A stretch of DNA of 63,965 nucleotides, filler included, from Gonapodya sp. JEL0774 (taxonomy: Eukaryota): assembly GCA_027604505.1 (NCBI GenBank). It is 3 parts of 3 records of this genome, joined end to end, with 100 filler letters (N's around TTAATTAATTAA, not from the genome) between each part and the next. Parts side by side here need not be neighbours in the genome. Positions count along the whole stretch, not along the records: positions 1 to 23,149 come from JADIIX010000234.1; 2 more parts are not named here. The stretch is one strand, 5' to 3'. Below the pieces are notes generated by a model, which worked only from the letters and a program-made list of their open reading frames with translations, was not told where the DNA came from and did no database searches. This document shows, in pieces, positions 1 to 11,982 of this stretch (the first letter of the stretch is position 1; every line of letters starts with the position of its first letter). The translations under genes were made by a program, and so were the position numbers.

Positions 1-122
1 ATTTGACGGCATATTTGATCGACTGTTTTGACTGTATTTCTGTCTTTTGCTATTACGAAAAAACCTCCCCCCCACACCCCCCCCCCCCCCCCCCCCCCCG
101 CCCTCGGCCAACCCCAACTCAC

Positions 123-3100
123 CCACTCCAAACTCATCCTGCATCACCTGCTGCACCTTCTGCATCACCGTCGTCTTCACCTGACTCATCCTCGAACTCT
201 GCAGCGTCGTGCCGGCGTTCAACCTCTGCGTCCGCAACGGCGTCTGCGCGTCCAGCGTGATGGCAGCAAGACTCGCGTGCGCTCGGTCTCGAAAGGCAGA
301 CGAGGCTCCGTACGGGTAGCCCGATGCACCGCCGCCGCCACCGCCGACGCCGGTACCGCCGCCGCCGGGGGGGGGAAGGCCAGGTTGCCCCCCGTTGACG
401 AGCGACCCGTCCTCGCGACGCTTCTTGCTCCTCTTGGGGTCCATCCCGACACCGGCTTGCCCCCCTTGCATGGCCAAGGGCCCCGCGATGATGGCCGCCC
501 TCTCCTGCATGGACGCCGCGTCCAACTTCGCGAACACGCCCTTTGCCGCTGCCCGCTCCCTATCCCACCTCCTATCGTTGGCCTCCTTCCTCCTCAACTC
601 GACCACCAGGAGCTCCTCTTCCTTGACCTGGTCCGCGGTCCGGCCGAGCAGCTGGGCCACGTGGCGTTTCCGGGCGAGTTCGCGCGCGTAGGGGAACGTG
701 TGGGCCTGCAGGAGCTCGACGTACGCGGGGTCGGCGGGGTCGTGGGGTCGGTGGGAGAGGAGTTTGGAGCAGATGGAGTAGTAGCGGGATTTGAGGTCCT
801 GGAGGGCGATTTTGGGGGTTGGGGAAGGGGGGGCATGCAGGGATAGGGCGGAGCGAGCCCGCGTGGGGGGAGGGTTAGAGGTTGGGGATGACCAAAACGA
901 CTTCCCCAGAGAAGAAACTCACGTCGACACCTCTCCCCCTCCCCTCCCCCTCCTTGCCATCCTTTCCATCCTTTCCATCCTTGCCCTCTTTATCTTCCGT
1001 ACCCTCTTTCCCATCCTTCCCATCCGCGCCACTGTCCTGCTTCCCTTGCTCCATCCCTTCCTCCACCTTGACCTCCTTCCCCCCGCCGTCGCCCTCCTCA
1101 ACCACCATGCCCACACCCTCGCCCTTCACCTCCACCTCCGCCTCCCCCTTCCACTCCCACCGATCCGCAATCACGAACCACCTGAGCTCGTAGAGCGAGC
1201 AGAGGTGCCATAGGTAGTCGGTCTCGGCGCGGGTCCAGGAGGGGTCTTGATTCGGGGGTGGGCGATGGGGGGTTGGGGGTTTGGGAAAGGGGAAAGGGGG
1301 GAGGGGAGGGACACGAAAGACCACGGTGGTGGCGGGGAGTGAGAGGGACCGGTGAGACGTGATCCGCCAGAACCGAGAACGGGACCATCAACCATCCCAT
1401 CGCCATGACTCCCTTCCCAAATCCCCAATCTCCCCGTCCGACCCCCCCTCTTCCCAACCCCCACCCTACCCACCCTTCAAATACATCTCGTACTCCTCGT
1501 CCGAGTACCTCATCATATCCACATGCACGTCGAACCGTGCAAACGCCTCGTGGGGGTCCGTCGTGTCGGTGTACGCCTCTGTCTCTGTCTCTGCCGCTGT
1601 AGTGGTCGCTGTCGCGGTCGCCGTGTCCCTCGCGGTGTGGGCTTCGTGAGCACCCGATGACGCGTCCCCGTCCCCGGGCGCCTGCGCATCACCCATGGCC
1701 GTGTCGACAACGGCACCTGGGGTGTCCGGGTGTGGTTGTGCTGGAACAGGTGTCGGTGCAGGTGGGGGTGCAGGTGGTGGTGTGGGTTGTACGCGGGTCC
1801 ACCGGCGGAAGGGGGGGCCTGTGGGGGCGGTAGTGAGGGACCTGTGGGGGGTCGGGGTCGGTGTCAGTGTCGGAGGTGGGGGTGGGGTGAGGGGGACAGG
1901 TGAGGGTCTGTCTTGGCACCAGCACACACCACACACCACACACCCTACACCACACCGCGTTTTTGGACCCGCGCTCTCTCTTGTCACCACCACACACCAG
2001 TTCCAGGGAAAAGTACTTCGCCTCCGGCGGACTCCCTCCCTCTGATCATGACAGGGTGGCTTCCGCTGATCTCGGGTCACTCCACTCCCACACTCACCAT
2101 CTCCTTGCCCTCTTCTCCCGCTCGGGTATGCCCCCCTCCCTGGAGGTCCTCCAATCCCTTGTGGGGACGATGGGAGGCAGACCGCCAGCGAGTTTGAAGA
2201 GGACGAGGTCGAGGAGGGGCGGGGGGTCACCTCGGGCAACGAGGTCGATACGGTAGGCAGCGACGCCGCGGGATTGGAGAGGGGAGGGGGGGGCGGGGGG
2301 GGCTTGGTGGTGGGGTGAGTTGGGTGAGTTGGGTGAGTTGGGTGAGTGACCCGGGTGAGTTGGGTGAGTGGGTTGGGGGGAGAGGGGAGGAGGATGAGCC
2401 ACGGGGGTGAGCAGCAGGTGACCACCGTGCCATACCACCGTTCCTGCGTTCCCGCGTTCCCCCATTCCCCCGTTTCCCCGTTTCCGCGTTTCCCCGTTTC
2501 CGCGTTTCCGCGTTTCCGCGTTTCCCCGTTCCCACCCGGGTGTGCAGCAACGACGAAGCACCTTGCCATGCCACCGTTCCCGCGTTCACCCGATCCTCCG
2601 TGAGGGGAGAGATGGAGATGGGGATGGGGACGAGGATGAGCCATCAGGGTGGGTGTGCAGCATGGACGAACCACCTTGCCACACCACTGTTCCCCCGTTC
2701 CCGTATCGCGGCAATTCAATATCTGCAGGTCTATATGTACCCGCTCACTCTCTCGACGGGGCAACCCCTCAGAAAAAACCCGCACATTCGTGTCCCCAAA
2801 CGGTCAACTGTTCCACACCGTCCATCCCGCCCATAGAACCATATGAAACGCTCACTCTCTCGGCTCTGCGGGGGCAAGCGCGCACCATGTCGGTGACGCT
2901 CGTGCAGAACCGCGAGGGAAACGAGTCAAATGTCTCGGGGGCTGGTCCATGGCCTTGGGCTTTGAGAATGGCCATTGGCAGACTCTGTCCCGTGTGTGGT
3001 GACGTGGGACAACTCACCGAGTGCAGGATTAGCGACAGGGGGGATTGAGAAAGGGGAGGGAGGGAATGGATTAGAATTGGAGATGGGAAGGTCGAGGGAG

Positions 3101-3213
3101 TGAGCGAGGGGAACAGAGGAAGGAGCGGTGTCGTGTTGAGCAGGGGTGGTGGAGACTGCGGCACCGGCGTCGGTGGGAGAGACCTGTGACCGCAGTTCGA
3201 CTGTGGCAGCCAT
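123..3213 (-). CDS. SWC4: SWR1/NuA4 subunit Swc4 (DMAP1/Eaf2), multi-exon; 3' end runs off the left edge, start codon tentative
   Basis: Exons encode HEAFARFDVHVDMMRYSDEEYEMYLK, the SANT-like DPSWTRAETDYLWHLCSLYELRWFVIADRW...DLKSRYYSIC, and RELARKRHVAQLLGRTADQVKEEE. The ATG at 3213 (exon ending G|GTGAGT near 3018) is a guess. Confidence 0.85.
2313..2700. repeat. Simple and short tandem repeats in the presumed SWC4 intron
   Basis: (GGGTGAGTT)n at ~2313-2372, (TTCCCCGT/TTCCGCGT)n at ~2440-2532, and three diverged copies of a GCAGCA...CACC-TGCCA-CCAC-GTTCC unit near 2410, 2544 and 2657. Confidence 0.85.
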
Positions 3214-3541
3214 GTGGAGTTGAATCGCAGTGCAGTGCGGAGTGAAGGAGGGCAACTCCCGCATCCCAATGCTTGGACTGTGCACTCGCCTTGTGCCACT
3301 CCCTTTCTGGTACGCACAGTCCTCATTCCCCATTCAACCAACTTGTCCTCCTCATCGCTGCCCCTCCCAACCAGTATACCATTGGTAGGAGTAGGAGTAT
3401 ACTTTATCCCGTATTCATTCAAACCTTTCTTTCTTCACACCACGCACCCCCCACTCTCGTTGATTATTCCCCTCCTTGTTGTACTTTGTAGTGTCCTCTA
3501 CTATTACCCCAATCCCCATTCTCCCCCTCCCACTCCCCCCT

Positions 3542-5766
3542 CTACCCAACATTCAACCGAAACACATCATTGTACACAAAGAACGCTGACCCCTCCGACA
3601 CCAGCTGGAATGCCTGCGTGAAGTGCTGCGGGTTCTTCTCCTCGTCAATCTGCCACACCCCACACCCACCACACCCACGGATCCACAGTGAATGCCAGGT
3701 GCGTGTGCGTCGAGGTTATGTCGTCGTGTCCGTAGTGGTTGTCGTTGCAGTTGCCGTTCCCGTTGTGGTTCCGTGGTCGAGTGGTGTGGTCGAGATCGTG
3801 CGGCGACGGGTGTGTACCGTGTGCCGTGTACCGTGTCCCGTGTCCCGTGTTCCAACCCCCGTCCATCGTCCGTCGGCAAAGCCAAGAAACAAAGAAACAA
3901 GAAAAGGCGTGCCCGTCAGATACTCCGTCATCTCATAACATCGCAGAACCTCGGAACATGTCGTTTGATCGCGCGAGGAAACAAAGTGGGAAGGCCAACG
4001 GCGACCCACACCGATGGGCCATCGTGCACCACTGTACCACCATACCACCGAACCACGGTCCCCGGTTTACCACGGTCCCCTCCCGCATCATCCACCATCC
4101 CACCACTCCCCACTGTCCCGACCCCCGCCCCCCCNNNNNNNNNNTGTAGTGTCCTCGACTATTACCCCACTCCCCATTCTCCCCCCCCCCCTCCCCCCGC
4201 CTTCAGAAAAACCCCTTCACCCCATACCCACCACCAACTGCCCCGTCACCACCACCATAATCGCGTCCCCCTTGGGACTCGTCGGCTGCGCGTCCACCGT
4301 CGTCACTTTGTGCGCGATGCGGGTGAAGGGAAGGCTCTAGACGGGGTTTTTGTGTATGTAGGGGGGAAGTGGGGAAGGGGGAAAGGGGAGGGGGGAAATG
4401 GGAAAGGGGGAAGTGGGTACGTTCACGGTGGTGTAAGATGCTTACCTCAAGTTTCTGCCCGATCGCCGCAGCGCCCAGAAGCTGCGTGCCTTCCCAGGTC
4501 AGCATCGAGCCGTCGCGCTGGGGGGTGGGGGGGGTGGGGTGGTAGGGATTGGGGCGCGTGTGAGTCACCGTGTACCGTACGAGAATGTGCCGATCGTGGC
4601 CCCGCACAGGGCCACAAAGCGTGTGCAGAGCAGAGCGGAGGGGGGGGAGTGGACGGCTCGCAAAGAGCCACCAACCACCCCACGCCCGTCCCCCGTCCCG
4701 TGTGCCGAGTCCCACAGCCCCCGGCCCCCCGGGGTGAAAACAAGACAAGACAAGGCATGCGCTGTCCCCTCCCCCGACCCCTGTTTCTCATCCCCCGTCC
4801 CGACCCGACCCGACCCGACAAGTCACATTCCACATCCTTCACACCCCACATGCCACCACGCGGTCCCGGTCCAAAGCCAATCCCAACTCCCCACTCCCAC
4901 CCCCACGTGTCCCTCCGCCCGCTGCGTCCACGTCACTCCGGCACGGCCCACAGCGTGCATAAACCGCACCGCCGGCCATTGCACGGCGTCCGTCACCCGG
5001 TCACCCATCACCCGACACCCGCTGGTCTGCCCGGTGGGTGGCCTCAACCGCCGAGTGTTCTGGACGGCACCGAGGGACGGTGACGGTGACGATGGGTCTG
5101 TGTCTCGCTCGTCTTGCTGTGGCGGATGGGACGGGGCGTGACTCGAGCCATCCCGTCGTGACCCCATGTACCGTGGCATCTTCACCCGTGGAAAGCCAGG
5201 CCCCGGCCCGTCCTGTGCGGATCCATGCCACACGGCCCGTCTCACAGGGTAGCGAAAATGAGGCGTGCGTCAGGGATCCAGTGGTGGTGGGGCCGGGGGG
5301 GGGCCAAGGGGATGCCTCGCCTCTTCGAGTCCGGAGTGCTGGTCGAGATCCGGGGGACGGTCACCCCTCCGTACGTCCACACACATGGGTCCCATTTCCA
5401 CCCCATAAGGAATCATGTCGTGGAGATCTGGGTGGACTCGGGTGGTGGGCAGCCAGGGGCGGGGGGGGGTGGAAACTCGTCGAGTGAGGGTGGGGGGGTT
5501 CGAGCTCCGTTGTCCAGGTTTCTTTCCCCACAGCATCGAGGGATCGTTTAACTCTTCACCCGCTCCGCCTCGGCAAAAAACGAGCCGCGGGGGGAATCCA
5601 GCTCGAGTCGTGCGCGCGGTGTTCCCGTGTGTCCGTTGCCTTCCGCCTGCCCCCCCCCTCTTCCCCCGCCCCCCCGCCCCACACCCACGTATAAGTTCTT
5701 CAACGCGGCACGATTGGATGCAAATGTTGCGTAGTAGAAGTCTGTAAATTGTTTTGCGATCTCCAT
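3542..5766 (-). CDS. NTF2: Nuclear transport factor 2, 4 exons (~5766-5689, 4518-4447, 4336-4232, 3649-3542)
   Basis: Spliced product MEIAKQFTDFYYATFASNRAALKNLY|RDGSMLTWEGTQLLGAAAIGQKLE|SLPFTRIAHKVTTVDAQPTSPKGDAIMVVVTGQLV|IDEEKNPQHFTQAFQLVSEGSAFFVYNDVFRLNVG*, with GT-AG boundaries. Confidence 0.95.
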
Positions 5767-6542
5767 GGGCGGTGGGTAATGGCGGGGTGGGCCGAAGGGG
5801 GGAACGGTGGGAGGGGAGAGTTGAGTGGGCTGGTTTGGCCATACATTTGATAGAGCACTGAATACTGAACCTGGGGAATAGGGGGTCACGTGAAGTAGAC
5901 AGAAAAATTGGGTATTTAAATGAATTAAAAGGAGCGGAGTGGGAAGCGTTTTTTTGATGGTCGGGAGAAGGGAAGGAAATGATCAGACGGGGACGAATGC
6001 AGTCCGTTTTACTGTTCTTGCCACTAAAATTTGTACCATCTATCCTCGATAAACATACGAGTTGGAAGTACGAGTGTGCTGCGCAAGTGGCGAGTGTGCG
6101 GGTGTGTGGGTCGGTGGGGCCGGCTCCACCCACGGCCCATCGAAACCCCAAGTGAAAAACCTACTCGCAGACTTTCGCGGGCAGACTTGAAATTCAGGAT
6201 CCGTGGGGAGAGAGAAAGCAACCCGGGAGTGACAGAAAGAAATTCACAAGTGTTTCGAGTTCGGGACTGGAGGTGCGCAGCGTTTCTTTTGGTGGCAGCT
6301 TCGCGTTCGAGGTGTCGGGGCAACAGGACGAACGACGATCGATTGCGAAAGTAGGGGCCGCGTTGACGACCAGAACGGCCGAGCTGCGACGCACAAACTT
6401 TACACGGTTGAGCGCCTTGTAGTTTCGATTTCTTGGACGCCAGGAGTGCTCGTTGCGACGCTTCTCAAACTGTGTCCCCGCTGCCGACTGAACAGTCACC
6501 CCTTTCCTCAGTTTCCACCGTCGAATCAAAACCCCCATAGCC

Positions 6543-9500
6543 ATGTCCCTCGACTTCCGTGACGTCCCCTCCCAACTCGACGACGACTTTTCCTACCTCG
6601 ACTACTCCACCGACCCGTACGCCTCAAAAATCCCTTCCCACCCCAACGGCATCGGATCCTCCTCCAACACCCCGCACGCCTCGTCTCACCGCCCCGGCCC
6701 TGGCTCGTTCACTCAGACCCAGACCCAGACGCAAACCCAAACCCAAACCCAGCCCTTCCCCGACCTCTCCCTGGCCTCCCAGCTCTCGCAACCCCTCTCC
6801 CAGCTCCACGCCAACCTCGCATCGTCGTCGCAGACTCAACCCGCCGACTCGTCGTCCGCTGATGCGGTTCTTGCCCAGGCCGCGGCGTCCGCGTTGAGGT
6901 TCGAGGAACCGGATCTGCAAGACGATGAGGACGAGTACGGTGGGCAGGGGAAGGGCGCGTTCGGGCACGAGGCTGGGGGGGCGGGGGAAGTGGAACATGC
7001 GTGTAGGTGAGTTGGAGGTGGGTGGGGGCGGAGTGGTGTTGATGCAACGTTGCGGTTGGGAGACTTGGTTCGAAGGGAGACAGATCGAAGAAGTTGGGAG
7101 TGTGGCAAGCTTCTGGCGAGAAGCCTTTGAGCACAGAAAAGGCATTGAACGAATAGAGACTGGAACATCGAATTGATTGGGAATGGCGTTTGAAGCTCAG
7201 GACAAACGATGAGCGACCTGTGCCTCGATGGTGGCCCGACTTCAACACGCCCCCCCCACACCCACCCTCCATCTCACCCTCTTCTCATCCCACCCTCACA
7301 TCAGATACTGCGGCATCCACACACCCGCAACTGTCGCCAAGTGCCTCACCTGCTCCCGCTGGTTCTGCAACGCCCGGTCCTCGGGATCTGCCGGATCCCA
7401 CATCGTCACCCACCTCGTCCGTTCCCGCCACAGGGAAGTAGCCTTGCACCCCGACGGCCCCATTGGAGATACCGTGCTCGAATGTTACAATTGCGGGTGT
7501 AGGAACGTGTTCTTGTTGGGGTTTATTCCGGCCAAGAGTGATACGGTGGTGGTGTTGTTGTGTCGGTAAGTGGACGGAGGTGGGGGGAGAAACGTTTCAT
7601 GAACGAGGCGGTGTCCTTTGGGGACGGGGCGGAAGTAAGAGTCCCCGAACCACCTCCAAAAGTTGTCATCGAGCACATTTGGATCCAGCAGTCGAGGCAA
7701 TGAATCGGCCACTGGTCTCTACCGGTGTCAGCTTGCGGAGGCGGATCTGACCATATGCTCTTCCCCCCCTTGACCATTCCCAAACACTCCCCTTGGCGAT
7801 ATAATCACCGTCTTCCAGCCAACCCTGTGCCTCCACCCCTTCTCGTGACGCCACATGGGACATCAGCCAGTGGCTCCCCCTCCTCCAAGACCGACGCTTC
7901 CTCCCGTGGCTCGTCAAGACCCCCACTGAATCCGAACAGCTCCGTGCCCGCCGAGTAAGCACGGCCCAGATCGCAAAGCTGGAGGAGTGCTGGAGGGACG
8001 GTGGGGAAGTGACGGTGGAGGAGTTGGAGAGACCTGGGGAGGGCGATGAGGTGGCGGCTGTGAAATTGAGGTACGTGTTTGAGTGGGAGAGGAAGAAGGT
8101 GGTAGTAGCTCGAAGGGGTGGGGAAATGCCGTATGAGAAGACGAGAAGGGTAGGACTCCCCCTTGTGTGGTGCGGATGGCGAGAGTATTGTCCAGATAGA
8201 TGGTTGAAAGTGGTTGCAGAGGACGCTGCTTACGTTTGTGTCCCATTGTACGGTGTTCCTCCTTATTTGACCTTTCCCACCTCGCCCCCCAGATATGATG
8301 ACGCGTTCCAATACCAAAACATCTTCGCGCCCCTCGTTCAACTCGAAGCCGACCACGATAAAAGGGCTACCGAATCCCAGACCCAGGAAGAAGTCGTTGT
8401 ACGCTGGGATCGGGCGCTGAACCAAAAACATGTAGCGTATTTCACGATGCCCAAGCTGGAACAAGGAGAAGTGAAGATGGCGGTGGGGGATGAATTGAAT
8501 TTGAGATACAGGGGAGAACTACGGGACCCGTGGGATGGGGTGGGACATGTTGTGAAGGTGCCAAACAGTGAGTTGTGGCGAGAGCGCTCAGTTTGAAGCG
8601 AAGATGAAGGTCGAGAATGCCTCAAGACCATGGTAGCCTCTCTGCCAGTGCTAACGATCTCTTTCCTTCCCTCCTTTTTACAAAGACATTTCGGACGAGG
8701 TCGGACTAGAGCTCAAGCGTATCGATGGTGTGCCGGTGGATCTTTCACTCCAGTTCTCGGTCAGCTTTATTTGGAAGAGTGTGCCGTTTGATAGGTGGGT
8801 TGAAGTGTCGTTTGATGGAGGAAATCCCAGACTGGGAGGCTGTTGGAGCTTGGGGACCCCTTCGTTACGGTACCACACCTGACATACTTTTGTCCCCTCC
8901 CTCTCTTGTACCCCTTTTATCCCCGCCTTCTTTTCCTCTATGGGCCTCACTTCGGATTGCAGGCAGCAAGCGGCCCTACGCACGTTCGCTGTCGAGGAAA
9001 CTTCGGTATCAGGCTACGTCTACCACCGCCTTCTTGGCCATGACGTGGAAGCGCAGTCGCTCAAAGTCGCCTTGCCAAAGAGGTTCTCTGCTCCGACCTT
9101 GCCTGAACTCAATTACTCACAGGTCAATGCTGTGAAGAGCGTGCTGCAGAGACCGTTCAGTTTGATTCAGGGACCGCCAGGTTGGTTGACGGGGATAGAT
9201 TTGAAGATGCGGAAGGAATGATAGGAGATTGACCGATTTAAAGGATTTTACTGACGTGGCGCCATCTTCAAACTTCTTATTCAGGAACTGGCAAGACTGT
9301 GACCTGCGCGACCATCGTATATCACGTGGCGAAGATGAATCTTCCTGGGCAGATCCTCGTATGCGCACCGTCCAACGTTGCTGTGGACCAGCTCACGGAA
9401 AAGATTCACTTGGCAGGTCTGCGTTGCGTTCGCGTTCTCGCCAAGTCTCGCGAGGACGTGGACAGTCCCGTACAGTTTTTGTCGCTACACGAGCAGGTCC

Positions 9501-11352
9501 GAAAGCTCGATACGAATCCAGAGTTGCAGAAGCTCATCCGACTTAAGTCAGATGTGGGAGAGCTCAGTACTGCAGACGAAAAAAGGTACAGAATGCTAAA
9601 AAGAGCAGCAGAAAGAGAGATTCTCGAGAGCGCCGAGGTTATTTGTTGCACGTGCGTCGGTGCAGGAGACCCTCGCTTGGCTAAGCTCAGGTTCCGCTGT
9701 GTTCTTATCGACGAGGCGACTCAAGCCAGCGAGCCTGAGTGTCTCATACCGCTTGTGCTGGGCGCCAAACAGGTGGTACTTGTTGGAGATCACCAGCAGC
9801 TAGGACCGGTCATTATGAACAAGAAGGCGGCACAAGCTGGTTTGAACCAGAGCTTGTTTGAGAGAATGGTGCTTCTCAACATTAGGCCTATTAGGCTGCA
9901 GATCCAGTATCGAATGCATCCTTGCTTGTCCGAGTTCCCTTCGAACATGTTTTACGAAGGGAGTTTGCAGGTGAGCAGCTGTGTTTTTTTTCCTCGTCGA
10001 GCGTAACTACTCCTCCGATGTCCTTAACAAGCGATACTGTTTTAAATATAGAATGGCATCACAACTGCGGAGCGCAGCCGTAGAATGGATTTCCCTTGGC
10101 CCCTTCCGGAGATGCCCATGTTCTTCCACGCCTCCTTCGGCACAGAGGAAATGTCTCCTTCGGGCACTTCTTATCTGAACCGTACCGAAGCCGCCAACGT
10201 AGAGAAACTTGTTACCCGCTTCCTTAAAGCCAACATCACTCCAGCACAAATCGGCATAATCACCCCATACGAAGGCCAACGCTCTTATATTGTGACTTAC
10301 ATGCAGTACAACGGCAGTATGAAGAAGGAGCTGTACAAGGAGATCGAGGTTGCCAGCGTGGATGCGTTCCAAGGCCGTGAGAAGGATTACATCATCCTTA
10401 GTTGCGTCCGATCCAATGAGCACGGTGGAATTGGATTTCTGAACGACCCTCGCCGGCTTAACGTCGCACTCACTCGTGCCAAATATGGATTGGTTATTTT
10501 GGGCAACCCCAAGGTGCTTTCCAAGCACCCGTTGTGGTATCAACTTCTCACGCACTTCAAAGAGAAGGGTCTACTCGTAGAAGGTGCGCTGAACAACCTC
10601 AAGGTCAGCATGATTCAGTTCAGCAAGCCTAGAAAGGCAAGAGAAGATAAGGTTCTCAAGTACGTTGGAAAGTATGATGCTCGCGAGATGTTCTCCAAGC
10701 CTGCGGCCAACGAAAGTGAGTACAGAGTTCTGGATGTGATCCAAGAATTGGGCAATGTTGTCGTGCCACCATTGATGAAGTGCTTACGATGAATACGTTT
10801 TCAACTCTGAAAGATCCTCGACCTGCGGGCGGGGGTAGCATCCAAAGTCAGGCGTCTTACAATCCATATTACGACCCCCTGACTTACATTGATCCCGCTC
10901 GCGTGCTCTCTCAGCCGTTTGGAAGTTCGTCGGTTATTCCAACTGCCCCACTAACTCAGGATCTTCCGTTCTACGGGAGTTCGCAGGCTTCCACCACCGC
11001 CACTTCTCGCCGTGGTGGTAAAGGCTTATCGAACGGGCAGGTACCCGCGTCTCAAATGTCCCAGCCTTTGACGCAGACAGCGGTGCTACCTGGTTTACCT
11101 TCGAGTCAATCTGGTTCCTTCAGTGGCTTGGGCATGTCACAAGTCTCAACGAATCAATACGACAGGATTGCCGCTTGGGGAGGGTTGAGCCAGGGCACTG
11201 GAATGTATGACGATGACTTGGACTACAAGGTGAGGGTACCACCGTGATTCGTTGACGTAGAAATTAACCACCAAACGGAAATTCAGTCCCAGAGCCAGTC
11301 TTCAGCTTTCCTCTTCAATGCCCCGAGGTCTCAAACCTTCACTCAGTTCTAA
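6543..11352 (+). CDS. UPF1: Nonsense-mediated decay SF1 RNA helicase Upf1/Nam7, ~10 exons
   Basis: CH domain (HAC.YCGIH...[11 protein letters not shown]...[18 protein letters not shown]), motif [40 protein letters not shown] and [10 protein letters not shown]; last exon SQSQSSAF...TFTQF*. Confidence 0.98.
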
Positions 11353-11982
11353 GTGGACATGGGAGCTCGCAGTCATGGGGACCACGCGCTTCCAGCGCAC
11401 CCACCAGATCACTTTGGATCACGAACTGGTGTCCTGTTTGCAGAAGACCTGGCGCAACTGCACTTTTCTCGGTTTCGAGATCCGGAGGCGCCTTAACGCA
11501 ATACGAATATCAGAAGAGACGAGTTGAATTTCTCACCATTAGCTCATTGCTTTCACGCAAATAAATCGGTCGGGTACTTGATCATCATTGTTTTCACGCA
11601 ATAAAGGAAACGGGGTTGTTGCCCTGCCGGCATCCCTCGTATTCATCCACTGACACACACCCAAGGGTTCTTGGAACGAACATAAAAATACGTACCGTCG
11701 TTCACGCGCATTCTATTACAGGAAATTACCAAATCTATATTGGCAGTTGTCTTTCCGGGATTTTTGGCCTCTGGGACGAAGGGAGATACCGACAGATTGC
11801 GAGTTGATTGGAGGTTTGACAGCTAGCTGCCGGATTGTGAGCTCCTCGACCGTGCGTCGGATTGTGGGTGCATACTCGTGAGTATCCGACTGCTTAACGC
11901 AGCGTGTGTCTTGTATCTAAGATCAAATGAATGCCTAATCCGTCATTTTGTCTGGTCAATCGTTCCTCCATTTTCAGACAAT

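Noticed and set aside
28..5500. Many long overlapping ORFs (e.g. 28-846, 3692-5083)
   Set aside because: Antisense shadows or low-complexity GC-rich frames lacking stops.
5480..5552. NDPSML resembling an alternative NTF2 exon 2
   Set aside because: Similarity ends after a few residues and there is no matching donor.
11545..11606. Imperfect 20-bp direct repeat CATTG.TTTCACGCAA(A)TAAA
   Set aside because: Most simply a duplicated polyadenylation region of UPF1.
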